A stretch of 51,825 nt of DNA, filler included, from Squatina squatina (lineage: Eukaryota): the NCBI GenBank assembly GCA_031763465.1. It is 3 parts of 3 records of this genome, joined end to end, with 100 filler letters (N's around TTAATTAATTAA, not from the genome) between each part and the next. Parts side by side here need not be neighbours in the genome. Positions count along the whole stretch, not along the records: positions 1 to 20,111 come from JARFOE010000203.1; positions 20,212 to 38,740 come from JARFOE010000004.1; 1 more part is not named here. One strand, 5' to 3'. Shown piece by piece: positions 13,701-25,782 of the stretch (position 1 is its first letter; each line of letters begins with the position of its first letter). The translations under genes and the position numbers were made by a program. A model generated the notes under the pieces. The model was given only the letters and a program-made list of their open reading frames with translations. It was not told where the DNA came from and did no database searches.

Positions 13701-14211
13701 TGGTGAAAAGCAAATCTAGGACTGTTATCAAGAATACCATCTCAACGTAACAGTGGTCAACATGTGGAATGATTTACCTACAGACAGTCAGATTAAAAAA
13801 CCTGCAATTACTGAAGAAACAGCTGGCTGCTGTGATCGGATATTGTAAGTTTGTTTTGGATGGACAAACTAAGATGGACCAACTGCCCTTCCTCTTGTAA
13901 CTTTGCAGATCTTGAACATTCACATAAATACTTATAAAATGTTGGACTGTGATTAACGTGAACCTAAAACATGTTGTGGTGATGGCAAGAACATTAACAG
14001 GGAAACAGCTTCCACAGTACCATCACTGCACTTCTTATACAATGCAGGGAAGAGATTTTTCCCAGTCTCAAAGGGTTACAAATTTTTTGAAACCAGTTCA
14101 GTTCAGATAGGTGACATGATTTTTTTTTTGCTGTAAAATGTTGGTCCACTTTTATTTCAAATGCAAATCCTAAATAAAAAAGAACATTTCTATATAATCT
14201 TAAACACTGTT

Positions 14212-14406
14212 ACAACTTGCATTGATAGAGCACATTTAACATAGAAAAATAGCCCAAAGTGCTTCACAGAGGTGTAATCAAAAAGTGGTACCAAGGCAAA
14301 GAAGGAAGTTTTATGAGGGGTGACCAAAAGCTTGGTCAAAGTGGTAGGTTTTAAGGAGGAGAGGGAGGTGGGGAGGCAAAGGGGTTTAGGGAAGGAATTC
14401 CAGGGC
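14212..14406 (-). mobile_element. L2 LINE 3' end (ORF2 C-terminus plus tail)
   Basis: ORF 14190..14408 PWNSFPKPLCLPTSLSS resembles the L2 C-terminus WNSLP..LR...SLSSFK. It is followed on the minus strand by the tail TGTGAAGCACTTTGGG...GTTAAATGTGCTCTATCAATGCAAGTTGT. Confidence 0.75.
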
Positions 14407-14412
14407 ATCTAC

Positions 14413-14480
14413 CTGTGAAGTGTTGCGAATGTTCTTTATATTAAAGGTGCTATATAACTACAAGTTGTTGCTGTTGATGA
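14413..14480 (+). mobile_element. L2-type 3' tail fragment
   Basis: CTGTGAAGTGTTGCGAATG...TTAAAGGTGCTATATAACTACAAGTTGTTGCTGTTG: the same tail as 14212-14269 in the opposite orientation. Confidence 0.6.
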
Positions 14481-14840
14481 TGATTCCCTCTCATATCCCT
14501 TTATCGCTCCTCATGATGTCACCTTAGATGTTACGCCGAAGAACAATGTAATAGTTACCCTGATATTTTATTTAATTTAGCTCTGGGGAAAAGGAGGAGA
14601 AATAGGACAGAGAAATTTTGCAAAACCTTACCTGAAGAAGTTGAATGGGTTGGGTAAAGTCCACCATACAGCAGATTCACATTATCTGTGGAAGGCTTAA
14701 TTGTCTTGTTGAGCTGTACGCTCCTTATGTTCTTACATCAGGTACAAAATAGGTTAAACGCAGGGTGAAGCTCCCTCTACACTCTCCAACCTCAAAGCAG
14801 CCTAGAGTTCTTTGCGAATATCCTCAAATGCACCAGTATG

Positions 14841-14908
14841 AAACATAAGAACAGGAGTAGGGCATTCAGCCCCTTGAGCCTGTCCCACCATTCAATGGGA
14901 TCATGGCT
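14841..14908 (-). mobile_element. CR1 3' UTR/terminus fragment
   Basis: ACATAAGAACAGGAGTAGGGCATTCAGCCCCTTGAGCCTG..CCACCATTCAAT, the reverse complement of the shark-type CR1 3' end GGCTGAATGGCCTACTCCTG(TTCTTATG)n. Confidence 0.7.
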
Positions 14909-15559
14909 CTACTGTTCGTATGAGCAGCCAGGAGTTCTGCTCGGCAAACTTGAGCTAACAGAGTAGGACTCTGTAAATTTCAGCAATTGTACAATTTTCA
15001 AATCATAAGGCACATGGGCCCCATATGGAAAAGGTTGGCACGCTGCAGAATAAGACAACTGCAAAAAAAAAACCTAAACTGTGACACAGTGTAACTCGAG
15101 GTATTTATGAAAAATGAGAATTTTTCAGCTTCATTTCTTCATCCAGGCGTGTGCATCAAAACAGATTTTGTTTTATTCTAGCTCGGGCAATGACTGCAAA
15201 GTGAAATTACCTGAGGCAGCAACAAATCTTCAACAAATTACATTATCCCCGTCAATGATACCCCTGGAGCAAAGTTTGTCTGCAAATAAGTTTATCTAAT
15301 TTAGTTTTCATCTCCAGTAAATTCGGCAAAGTAAAAAACTACTGACAGCTTAAAACAGCTGCGTCTGCCTGAAGGAAAGCCAAATCATTATTTTCTCTTG
15401 AAAATAAACAGAGTTGACTTGTTCACACAATTGATTATACATTGAATTGCCTATAAGTGAAACAATACAAAACCTGAAACTGTTATGTCGTCAGCTCAAG
15501 CTTACTGCACCTCAAGCAGCTTGTGTGCTGTTGTATCTGATTGCACATAGCACACTTTA

Positions 15560-15924
15560 ATCATAGTATCATAGAATGTTACAGCACAGATGGAGGCCAT
15601 TCTCCCCTTAACCTTCTCTGCTCTAAGGAGAACAATTCCAACTTCACCAGCCTTTCCACATAACTGAAGTCTTTCATCCCTGGTATCATTCTAGTAAATC
15701 TTTGAAAGAGCAATCTAATTGGTTCTACACCCCTGTTCTTTCACCATAGCCCCACAATTTTCTCCCTTTCAAGTATTTATTGAATTCACTTCTGAAAGTT
15801 CCTATTGAATCTGCTTTTAGGCAGAGCATTCCAGAACATTAAAAAAAACGCTGTGTAAAAAATTGTTTCCTCATGACACTTTTGGTTCTTTTGACAGTCA
15901 TCTTAAATCTGTGTCCTTTGGTTA
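15560..15924 (-). mobile_element. Rearranged CR1 3' fragments
   Basis: Begins with the CATAGTATCATAGAATGTTACAGCACAGATGGAGGCCATT terminal motif. Followed by CR1 ORF2-like pieces, e.g. minus strand FFTQR..NVLECS near 15820-15865. Confidence 0.6.
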
Positions 15925-16049
15925 NNNNNNNNNNNNNNNNNNNNNNNNNNNNNNNNNNNNNNNNNNNNNNNNNNNNNNNNNNNNNNNNNNNNNNNNNNNN
16001 NNNNNNNNNNNNNNNNNNNNNNNNCAGGTTAGCAATATAACCATTGTAT

Positions 16050-16500
16050 AAAGAAAGGAGAAAAATTTGGATTTATATTGCGCCTTTCACGACCACCGGT
16101 CATCTCAAGGTGTTTTACAACCAATGCAATACTTTTGGAGTGTAGTCACTTTTATAATGTGGGAAATGCGGCAGCTAATTTGCGCACAGCAAGCTCCCAC
16201 AAACAGCAATGTGATAATGACCAGATAATCTGTTTTTTTTTAATGTTGATTGAGGGATAAATATTGGCCAGGATACCGGGGATAACTCCCCTGCTTTTCT
16301 TCAAAATAGCACCATGAGGCCTTTTACATCCACTTGAGAGTTTAGTATCTCATTCACCATCTCTGACAGTGCAGCATTCCCTCAATACTGCACTGAAGTG
16401 TCATCTTAGAATTTTTTGTGCTCAAGTCACTGGAGTGGGACTTCAACCCACAACCTTCTAATTGCAAGGTGAGTGTGCTACCCACTGAGCCACTGTTGAC
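16050..16500 (-). mobile_element. Near full-length tRNA-derived SINE, SacSINE1/DeuSINE-like
   Basis: Minus-strand Pol III A-box TGGCTCAGTGG (16482-16492) and B-box GGTTGAAGTCC (16438-16448). Core CAGTGCAGTATTGAGGGAATGCTGCACTGTCAGAG. L2-like tail GTGAAAGGCGCAATATAAAT with a T-rich end. Family name from recall. Confidence 0.8.
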
Positions 16501-18898
16501 ACAAAATCAGTAGAGGAGAAAGTTATGAAGTGACCACTCTATATTTTCTCATTCATATTAAATTTGTAGTTGAGAAAAACTACAAAGTTCAAAAGGTAAC
16601 TTAAGCCTTCCTAGAAACATCTTCTGATTGACCAACCAAATTGCGGTCTTTGCGCACTTATAACCTTTGATAAGAGTCACTTTTATATATGTAACTTTCT
16701 AATATGATGACTTCATAATAAAAAGGAGGAGAGGTCAGCAACTGGTCTAAAGTGTTCTCCTTGCTACTCAAGAACTTCAGATTTAGCAACTGTCTGTTAC
16801 CTGCACAGTGTTTATCTTTCCAATGTAAATAAACCTAACAGTAGCAATTTACTAGTATGTTTGTGATCCCTGTTGCTATGAGAATATACACAATACACAA
16901 ACAGGGCTACATGTCAAATACAATGCAACCTTGTAAGGAAGATGGACGCTGAACGGCATCCAGCCTGAGTTCGGAGCCCTGGTACAAGTTCAAACAGCAG
17001 GCAGAGAAAATGATGGAGCAAAGGAGTAAGGAATTCAGTGGAAAAGTGTGGTATTTTCTGGCCAAGGAAACTGGCAGCAGATAAAGTTCAAGATCTGTGA
17101 TTTATCAAAAACATCAGCACAAATAAGCATAGTACAAACATGCAAAACAATCGAGTTCATTGAGGTAAGCTGTGAAGAACAGTTTCAATCTCAGACTTGG
17201 CCAAAATAGAATGATTGTAAAAATTTGTTATTTTGTTCCATTTAGACCATCTGATTTGGAATTGCCTATCCCTTTAAACAAACAATAGTGTTTGGGCACA
17301 GTTAATGAATTGTACAATTATGTTTGTCCATTCTGCGCTTGCACANNNNNNNNNNNNNNNNNNNNNNNNNNNNNNNNNNNNNNNNNNNNNNNNNNNNNNN
17401 NNNNNNNNNNNNNNNNNNNNNNNNNNNNNNNNNNNNNNNNNNNNNCATGATCTGTATGGTTCAGTACTGCACCGCACAATGAATTTCCTACCATAGATAG
17501 ATAGATACATACACACATACATATTAATGGACAAATGGCTAGATCAACAGATGTCTTCTAATTATATTTTTATAAGGTAGACAAGCTGGATGGCTAGGAT
17601 TTGGTGAAAGAATATTTTAAATAGGAATAAGTTATTAACATATAATAGATGTTATAAGATGGATAACAATTAAAAAACTCTTAACATTATTCTTTTGCTA
17701 GAATCACTGCCCTGACAGAAAACTCCTATCAAACATTCTTTTTGGTTTCATCATCTAACCTCTTGAGGTTTTCCATATGTTTTAGTGAGGGTAATATTAA
17801 TTCTCTGCGAGGTTTATGCATCCAATCTCTGTCTCAAATTTTTTTTTTAAAAGAATATTATCGCAAGGATGTAAATAATTAATCAGATTCTTAATAGGAA
17901 ATCCATTTTTGCCTCAATGCTATTACTGACTGAACATGAAGACACGCTCTCAGTGCTCAATCTAATTAACAAATNNNNNNNNNNAAGTCATTTATAATCA
18001 AAGTATTGCAGCATCCAGAAAGGAAACTGCATATCTGTGTTTTTGTGAGTGATAATTGTACTTCACTCTGTTGATAACACTGTCCTGAGCATGATTCAAA
18101 TCAGTCAAACTTTCGTTAAAAGTCCATTTTGTCAACAGTATCCCAATCAGTAATTTTGCAGTTGAGAAATTCTCCAGGCTTTTTGACTTAATTCAAAAAC
18201 TTGTTGACAGCAAATTAATGTCTTGGATCCCACAGAAAGTAAAACATTTCAAAAGAAATGATCACTGCCTCCACCAGTGCTTTAAAAGTGTTTTTCCTTT
18301 ATTGTAGATGGTTGTAAAATCACTAATAATGTAATTCCTGCACTAAAATCTGCCAATCATAGCCACATACGCCAACACTATTGTTTCCACAGTAAGGGAT
18401 TGATTATGATTTGATAAAACCCCCAATGAAAACAACACAGTTATTAATCATTAAGCATGAATGGGATGATGCATCAATGAGACAGAGTGCACCAGACATC
18501 AGTGTGGTTTATGACATTGTCTGAAACCCTTGAGAACATTACAGTAGTACCACACACTGCTACCCTTTACATTCTACATAATTAAAGAGAAAGGATTTCC
18601 AGCCAAGTAATGTACTTGAGCTGTGATTTTCAGCATGTGACGGGCCTGACTGGGTGGCTGTCGACTGAAGCTCGATAATTAGTCAAATGTTAGGCTGCAC
18701 CTCCACGCTCACAAGTACAAAATATGGAAGCAATAATTAAAAGCAATCGTTAACTACGTTATATTTAATGATGCTTTCACACTGTACATAAATACTGCAC
18801 TATTCATTCTCCTATATTTGAATTCTCCCAAAGTGACCCTGAAATTAAACCTCCAGTTCTATGCAACTACTGAGGGACATTACTATCAAGCTTGTTGT

Positions 18899-19090
18899 AT
18901 TTGTTTATCTTCTAGAGCTGTCAGTCAACCATGTGGGTGTGATTAAGATGACAGACTACTCTGGCAGTGGCGTGTGGTGATCCTCATGCTGCAAGGCTGA
19001 TTGACAGTTCAATAAGGTAAACAAATCATTAGCAGCCAGTTGTCTCGCAATCACGCCCATATGGTTGACTGATAATTTTAAAAAGGTACA
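18899..19090. repeat. Three-armed inverted repeat with FOX and PBX/MEIS-like motifs
   Basis: 18919-18944 pairs with 19049-19074 (23/26 identical). 18899-18930 also matches the reverse complement of 18995-19026. Confidence 0.8.
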
Positions 19091-20111
19091 GTAAACTTTG
19101 CGCTAATATAAGTCTCGGTAATTATAGATAATACACTAGATTCTGTAAATATGAAAAATCGTTATGGGTTTTGTGGCTTTAGAAAAGGAATGCAGAAGTG
19201 TAATTTTGAGACTTTGCCAGCCCATTAGTTCAGTAATGTATGGTTATCTTCTTCGGGTGGGAGTTACTGTCTTTGTCATAAATAATGGAAAATTTACCAT
19301 GCACTGCAAGCCACCACCATTTCCTCAATACCTCAGTTTTAACCTCCAAAATTCACTGTACAGAATTGTGTGTGCTTCAGATTTGACTGTATAACAAAAT
19401 CTAATGCAACGAAGGACATTTGTATATTAAAATGTATTTTAAAAAAATACACTATTTGATTTCCCGTTTGCATTCATAGTGAGTCAAAGAACACGTTTTT
19501 ATAATTATTATTTTATCAATACAAGAAATGCATGCTGTATACACCTCTGTCAATATATTACCAGCTAACCTTTGGTGATGCTCAAGATGTCTTATAAAAG
19601 TAGGGTTGTTAATCATTTGCAAAAAGGGGCAAGTGTGACAGGAAATGAGTATGACTTTACCCCAAGTGCACATGCTATGCATCACTTTTAATTTTATTTT
19701 ATAGACACTTTGGCCCTGACATTTAAGGGGTGGCAGGGAGGGTACGGGTGAGGATGGAACCCAGCAAAGGCCGGGATGCGGAGGTCCTGCCGCTTTTAAA
19801 ATGAAAACATCACGCAATTTGTTTTAATGGCCCAATGATTAATCTGTAATGCCTGTAAACTCCAGGGCAACCCTAAAACAACACCAGAGCAAAACTTCTC
19901 AAAACTGATATTAATGAAACATAAATAGAAAATAATTGCTTCTGCTGACTACAGAAATAAATAATATTCCCTCGTCCTTTGAGAGATTGTCCGTAGTGAG
20001 TGAGTAAGTAAACTGACTGTCAAGTTCACAAGGATGGGAGGTTGAAGTAGTTCAGACAATCCGCCAATCCCCAACCTGCAATTATACAACTGTTAGTTTG
20101 TCAAATTCAGC

Positions 20112-20211
20112 NNNNNNNNNNNNNNNNNNNNNNNNNNNNNNNNNNNNNNNNNNNNTTAATTAATTAANNNNNNNNNNNNNNNNNNNNNNNNNNNNNNNNN
20201 NNNNNNNNNNN
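20112..20211. other. Artificial scaffold-joining linker (N44-TTAATTAATTAA-N44)
   Basis: Palindromic 12-mer giving TAA stops in all six frames, centred in exactly 100 positions. Identical structure at 38741-38840. Confidence 0.95.
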
Positions 20212-20390
20212 ACCGAAGGCCAGGACCGGCAGCTAATGAACTTTTCCAGACAGCGGGAAACTTGGCCCCACCCATGATAAGCGGACATCGGCTAACTAAA
20301 ATCATGCTGGACCAGAGAGGTCATACCTGTAATTGCTGAGGCTGCAAGCTGAAGCATTTAGACTGGAGTCCAGGAGACTTTTATTCCAAG

Positions 20391-20412
20391 CACACACACA
20401 CACACACACACA
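20391..20412. repeat. (CA)11 microsatellite
   Basis: Direct reading of the sequence. Confidence 0.95.
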
Positions 20413-21629
20413 TTTAACATAGAAATCATTACTAACATGCCTCAGAGTTGATTATCACTGTGTAATAGTTTTGTGATCTAATAGCAACTGCAAAAAGGCA
20501 AATATCTTCCAAATTATGAGAGCAATTTTAGTTTCATTAAAATTTATGTTTTAAATCANNNNNNNNNNCCTGGTTAGCAGATGCTATTTCTTCACACTGA
20601 TACAGTAACTAATTGTTTCGGATTCGTTTTTTTTTTAAAAAAACACAGGGATGTCCATAACCTTTACAACATCTTGGAGCTTAATACAGCATGTTCTAGG
20701 TAGATTACTCTAATCTGTCTACAACCATGTTTCAAGAGGGTAAGCGAGCAGTGCAAGGTCTGAGCTGCCAAACAGATTAGAATAATTACAAGACAGCGGG
20801 TCATATGTACTACCATAATCACACTGCAACGCAAGCCCATCTACAACCCATCATCTCCAGCATGTGCACTTTGTATCTAGGTTTGATTTATTATGTGCTG
20901 ACACGGGCAGATAAAACACAAAAATTACTTCCTCGATTTCTATTTATAATAGAGCCAGGGACTGGGAGAAGGTAGTTTACCGGTATACAGTCTTATTTTG
21001 TGCGTCTGCAATGTCACAGCTATGGGATCAGGAATAACAAACTGTCTCTATGGTCTGAAAGGTTTTCATAAGTAGCTACCGACTACAAACATTAACGGCT
21101 CAGAAAACAAACCACAGCATCTAGTATTCTGCAGGAAATGTGTACTCAATAATGTTTCACCTCACTGAAAGCAAAAATGCAAAAGCATCTTGCAATATTT
21201 ACAAGATCCCAAGTGCATATTCTTCCATCAGTTGAACATGCCTACACACTAAGGAACTGTGCCAGAGGGGAACAACGGTGACTTCTGGATCTCAGCCAAT
21301 TTGCCTGGCAATAACATACGGCCATCTTGGAGGAAAATTTTGGAATGGGGTGTGGGGGCAGCGAGTGCAAGAGAGACAGAGTTCAAACTACAGGTACTTT
21401 TTATCCACCCACTCAGCAGTCATACAATAAGCAGCACTGGAAAAGGCCAAGGAACTCAAAACTGAGGGTGGTTACCTATCTGCTCTCGGTGAGGAAATTT
21501 TGTACAGCACAGAGCACTTCAGCAAAAATTGATATAACAAATTAAAAACAATCAGGAAGAGGAGCTGCAATACATCACAATTATAACATAACACTTGCAC
21601 CTGATTCAAATTTCACATTCATATTTATA

Positions 21630-22280
21630 GCACAAGGAGCCCTACCAAAACTGAAGTTAATGGGAGTCAAAGGGAAGACTCCAGTGACCGGAGTCGTAAC
21701 TGACACAAAGCAAGATGACCATGGTTGTTGAAGGCCATTCTTCATAGCCCCAGGACATCGCTGCAGGAGTTCCTCAGGGAAGTGTCCTTGGCCCAACCAA
21801 CTTCAGTTACTATATCATGACTTTCCCTTCAACTTTAATTCTGGAGTGGGACTGTATGATGACAATTCTGCCATATCCAGCTCCATTAACAATTCCTCTG
21901 ATAAGAAAACGGCCTGTGCCAGCCTACAGCAGGACCTGGACACAATTCAGGCTTGGTTGATAACTGTCAGGTAACATTCACACCACATGATTGCCATTTA
22001 ATGACCATTTTGAACAAGAGAACTCCGAGCTATCTCCCCTGACCTTTAAAGGCATCACCATTGCGGAGTCACCCATCAATGCTTCGAGGGTCACCAATGA
22101 CCAGAAGCTTATCTGGACCAGCCATATTAACAATGTGGCTACAAGAGCAGAGGCTGGGTACTCTGCTACGAGTGACTCACCTCCTGACCACTCGAAGCCT
22201 GTATACCATCTACAAGGCTCAAGTGATGAGTGTGATGGAACTCTCATCACTCATCTGGGCGAGTGCAGCTGGCTCCCATG
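21630..22280 (+). mobile_element. Decayed non-LTR retrotransposon reverse transcriptase region (CR1/L2 group)
   Basis: GVPQGSVLGP at 21766-21795; degenerate catalytic motif YDDN (for F/YADD) at 21855-21866; LQQDLDTIQAW; DQKLIWTSHINNV; LYTIYKAQVMSVME. Multiple frameshifts. Confidence 0.9.
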
Positions 22281-22403
22281 CCATTGAAATCATTATCCCC
22301 ATTNNNNNNNNNNNNNNNNNNNNNNNNNNNNNNNNNNNNNNNNNNNNNNNNNNNNNNNNNNNNNNNNNNNNNNNNNNNNNNNNNNNNNNNNNNNNNNNNN
22401 NNN

Positions 22404-22553
22404 GTTAGACTCTTGCTTGTTGAAGAGAGTCACTGCCTGGCACTTGTGTGGCGCAAATGCTGCTTGCCAATTATCAGACCATGCCTGTTACTTGCCATTT
22501 GTGTGGTACGAATGTTACTTGCCAATTATCAGCCCAAGCCTGAATGTCGTCCA
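22404..22553 (-). mobile_element. Inverted short fragment of the same RT-LINE family with an internal duplication
   Basis: Reverse complement (CAGGCTTGGGCTGATAATTGGCAAGTAACATTCGTACCACAC) matches about 21948-21990. The block CTTGCCAATTATCAG.CCA.GCCTG occurs twice. Confidence 0.75.
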
Positions 22554-24431
22554 TGCAACCCAAGTGCCCCAACAAGGAATGGTCCTGGCCCTGCCATCCA
22601 AACTCTTGCGCAAGTATCTGAAAGTACCATTTAACTTCCAAGGCACTATGTATTTGGTTATTCTTCTATGGTGTACCAATATCTGAGAAAGCATAAAATT
22701 AGCTTAAAAGTAAAATAAAATTCTCTTCCGTTTTTGCTTTCTACTTCATCTTCCTCAGAACTCTTCTAAAGTCTTTTGCCGACATATTAAAAGGAAGACT
22801 AAAATTAATATGATTTCAAATACAGCAGTGATCAGAAACCAAGTTTTCAGCAACTATAACGTTATAAGTGACTTCAGGCAGTTAAACAGTATTCTATTTA
22901 ACATTTTGCATTTAAAAGCAATCAGCAATTATCCCCATGAAATTATGTATACTTTCATCCTTTCCTTCTGGTCTCTCCATTTTACCTTCACGACTGAAAT
23001 CATCCACGATTACCCCAGTACAATATCTTTGCTCATCCATATTCGAATCACTACCCCCTCCAAATCTAGCTTAATTCATTCCCATTACTGTTTTTATGTT
23101 TTGCTCCAGCAGCTTACCTCCCCATCTGTTCAAATGCAGACCATCCTTCCTGTTTAAGTTTCTTCTACCCGAGGAAGCCTCCGAAATGTTCACTATATTA
23201 ATCAAATGTAGATACAGCAATAATACAGGAGTAAGTCACTATCCTGAACTGTGAGCTTCAAAAGATACCTAACGTAGCACTAACACTGACTTTTCAAGTC
23301 CCATTTACAAAAGCATTACATTAAGAAAATTTGATCCAAAAAAGTCTAAAAAAGGGATTCAGTCTTTTTAAAGCTCCTCCATTTTGCAGTAAATAGACAG
23401 CTGTTACAGTGTGCTATAGTGCTGAACCATAGGCANNNNNNNNNNNNNNNNNNNNNNNNNNNNNNNNNNNNNNNNNNNNNNNNNNNNNNNNNNNNNNNNN
23501 NNNNNNNNNNNNNNNNNNNNNNNNNNNNNNNNNNNCCTATTTGATGAAGCTGGTTTACACAGAGCTTCATCAACATGCATAAGCTAAAGCACTGTGGATC
23601 AAATCTTCTTCACCCCTTTTAGGTGGGATAAAGAAGCAAAACCAAAGATGAAAAGTATATTACACTGCAGAAACCCTCCCTTAAACATCATAATTCAGGC
23701 TCTTTCAATTTGAAAATTCAATCATTAACTAGTTAGCATTACTTTTTAAAAAAGACACCTTCTGGATGTTCTNNNNNNNNNNAAACATATCAATGTATAC
23801 AGAGTAGTTCAGTTGTTTGATTTTCATTAGAGAGTAACAGGAGCGATTACAAGGCAGTAATCTTAACAGCTTCTGGTGATGTTTATTAAAAGGTTTAAAA
23901 ATGGCCATCTGAATCATCGATTAGATTATAAATTTATATTTAAATTTAAATCCGGGGTTTATTGTGTACTTAAACAGTTTTGGCCACTGACCATCAGAAA
24001 ACTGCATATCTATCAATCAGCAGGATATCAAGCATACACACGAGAGGACTAACACACTTATAGGTGGTGAAAAAGATGCACTTTGCAATGCACATTTTGC
24101 TGTGAATCACATGACTTGCTTCATTTTGTTCTCTCCTTGAGCACTGTGAAGGAGGGGGGAAAAGACAGTGTTAATGCAGTAATATGCCAGTGATTCTATT
24201 CTTAGTTAAAGCAGCATGCCCACTGAAAAATCTATTTTACCAAAATACGACAGGCCTTTCTTTTTGGTTGGGAGATAAGAGGATGGGGGTGNNNNNNNNN
24301 NNNNNNNNNNNNNNNNNNNNNNNNNNNNNNNNNNNNNNNNNNNNNNNNNNNNNNNNNNNNNNNNNNNNNNNNNNNNNNNNNNNNNNNNNNNGTGTGGTAG
24401 ATCTTGGACGCCATTGATAAAAAAGTGAACC

Positions 24432-24467
24432 CTTGTTTACTTCATACAGCTGAGCAAAGTAAACAAG
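24432..24467. promoter_or_regulatory. Symmetric FOX - E-box - FOX palindrome (candidate enhancer element)
   Basis: CTTGTTTACTT (24432-24442) and AAGTAAACAAG (24457-24467) are perfect 11-bp inverted arms. CAGCTG (24447-24452) sits exactly on the symmetry axis. Confidence 0.35.
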
Positions 24468-25782
24468 CCAAAGTAGTGAGGAAAACCTCAAACAAATGCC
24501 CAAAACAGTACCTGCATCGACTGTTAAATATATTCAACAGTGCCTAATGGGCTATTCAAACATACAGAACAATAAAAAGAGATGCCGGTCATGAAGCTAA
24601 TATGCATTATAGTACATAAAACAGGAGCTACTCATTATCTGTAAGTAGCAGGAGCATTAAATGAGGAATTCCCAATTCTACATGCACTGGTGTATTTAAT
24701 GGATGGGAAATTTGGACCATTGTAATAGAACCATTTCATTTTTTTCAAAGAGCATTTGATTAATAAAGAATTTTCAGATTAGTAAGAATACTGATAGAGA
24801 TGCCTGGATGTTCTACAATATGCTGAATCAATAGGCCACATATCATTATACCACCTCCACCACATGGCATCTTTGCAACTCAAATCCCATAATGCATTAC
24901 CGCAATCACCACAAATAGTGTTTAAATTGTCACCGCATTAAATCCAAGTAAATCATCAGATTTAAAAGCTGTACATGCACTTTGCCACCAGAACCGCATC
25001 AAACTGATGTAAAGCATTAGTATTCAAGGGCCATCCACTCAATGATCTGTTAAATTAGACATGGCAATGGAACTCTGAACTTTACGCTGCAAGGCCCCAG
25101 GACCTTGTTAAATCATTTTCACTTAGATTAATAAAACATTATAATCCCAATTCATTTCAGCTTCAAAACAGATTATACATAAAAAAAAGTTTCAAAAAAG
25201 GATCAAGGAAGTGGAGGCTAAGTCCCACCTGACCCCTTTTATCAGCTACTAGCGTTTGCTCCTGTTTATCTCTTTCAAAAGCAGTAACTGATGCTCAGTG
25301 GTCTATCAACACATCTGTGACATCACCTTGTTGACATAAGTTTACAAAACGGATACTTGAACATGGTAATTAGGAGAACCTGAAAATACTTTCAAAAATT
25401 AACCACTTAAACCACAGCATAACTGGCCACATTTCTGAAATACTTTCAAAGTCAAAGTCATCGGCTTCTGAAGCCAGTCAAACATCCAGTTAAGTTAATC
25501 AACAGTGCTAGAAGAAGCTACCAAGCTGCACAGATTAAGAACTAATTTTGTAAACCATCAAATTTAAAAAGGAATTGCTCTCAATAAAATCTCATTTATA
25601 CGGAATTCACCTCACTTGCTGTAAAGGTCCAGATTTATGGTTTGTACAAAGCCTTTTAAAGCATAGTCAAGTCTCATCTTTCAATTTCAAACTATTTCAT
25701 GAATTCACATGATTTAATATTTCTATTCAGTCCTTCCACATTCCAACTTCTTCCCCAGAGAAGTCAGTAAGTCACAACATCT

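Noticed and set aside
16430-16500. tRNA gene (also 48613-48690)
   Set aside because: The A and B boxes belong to SINE heads that continue into SINE bodies. No complete cloverleaf seen.
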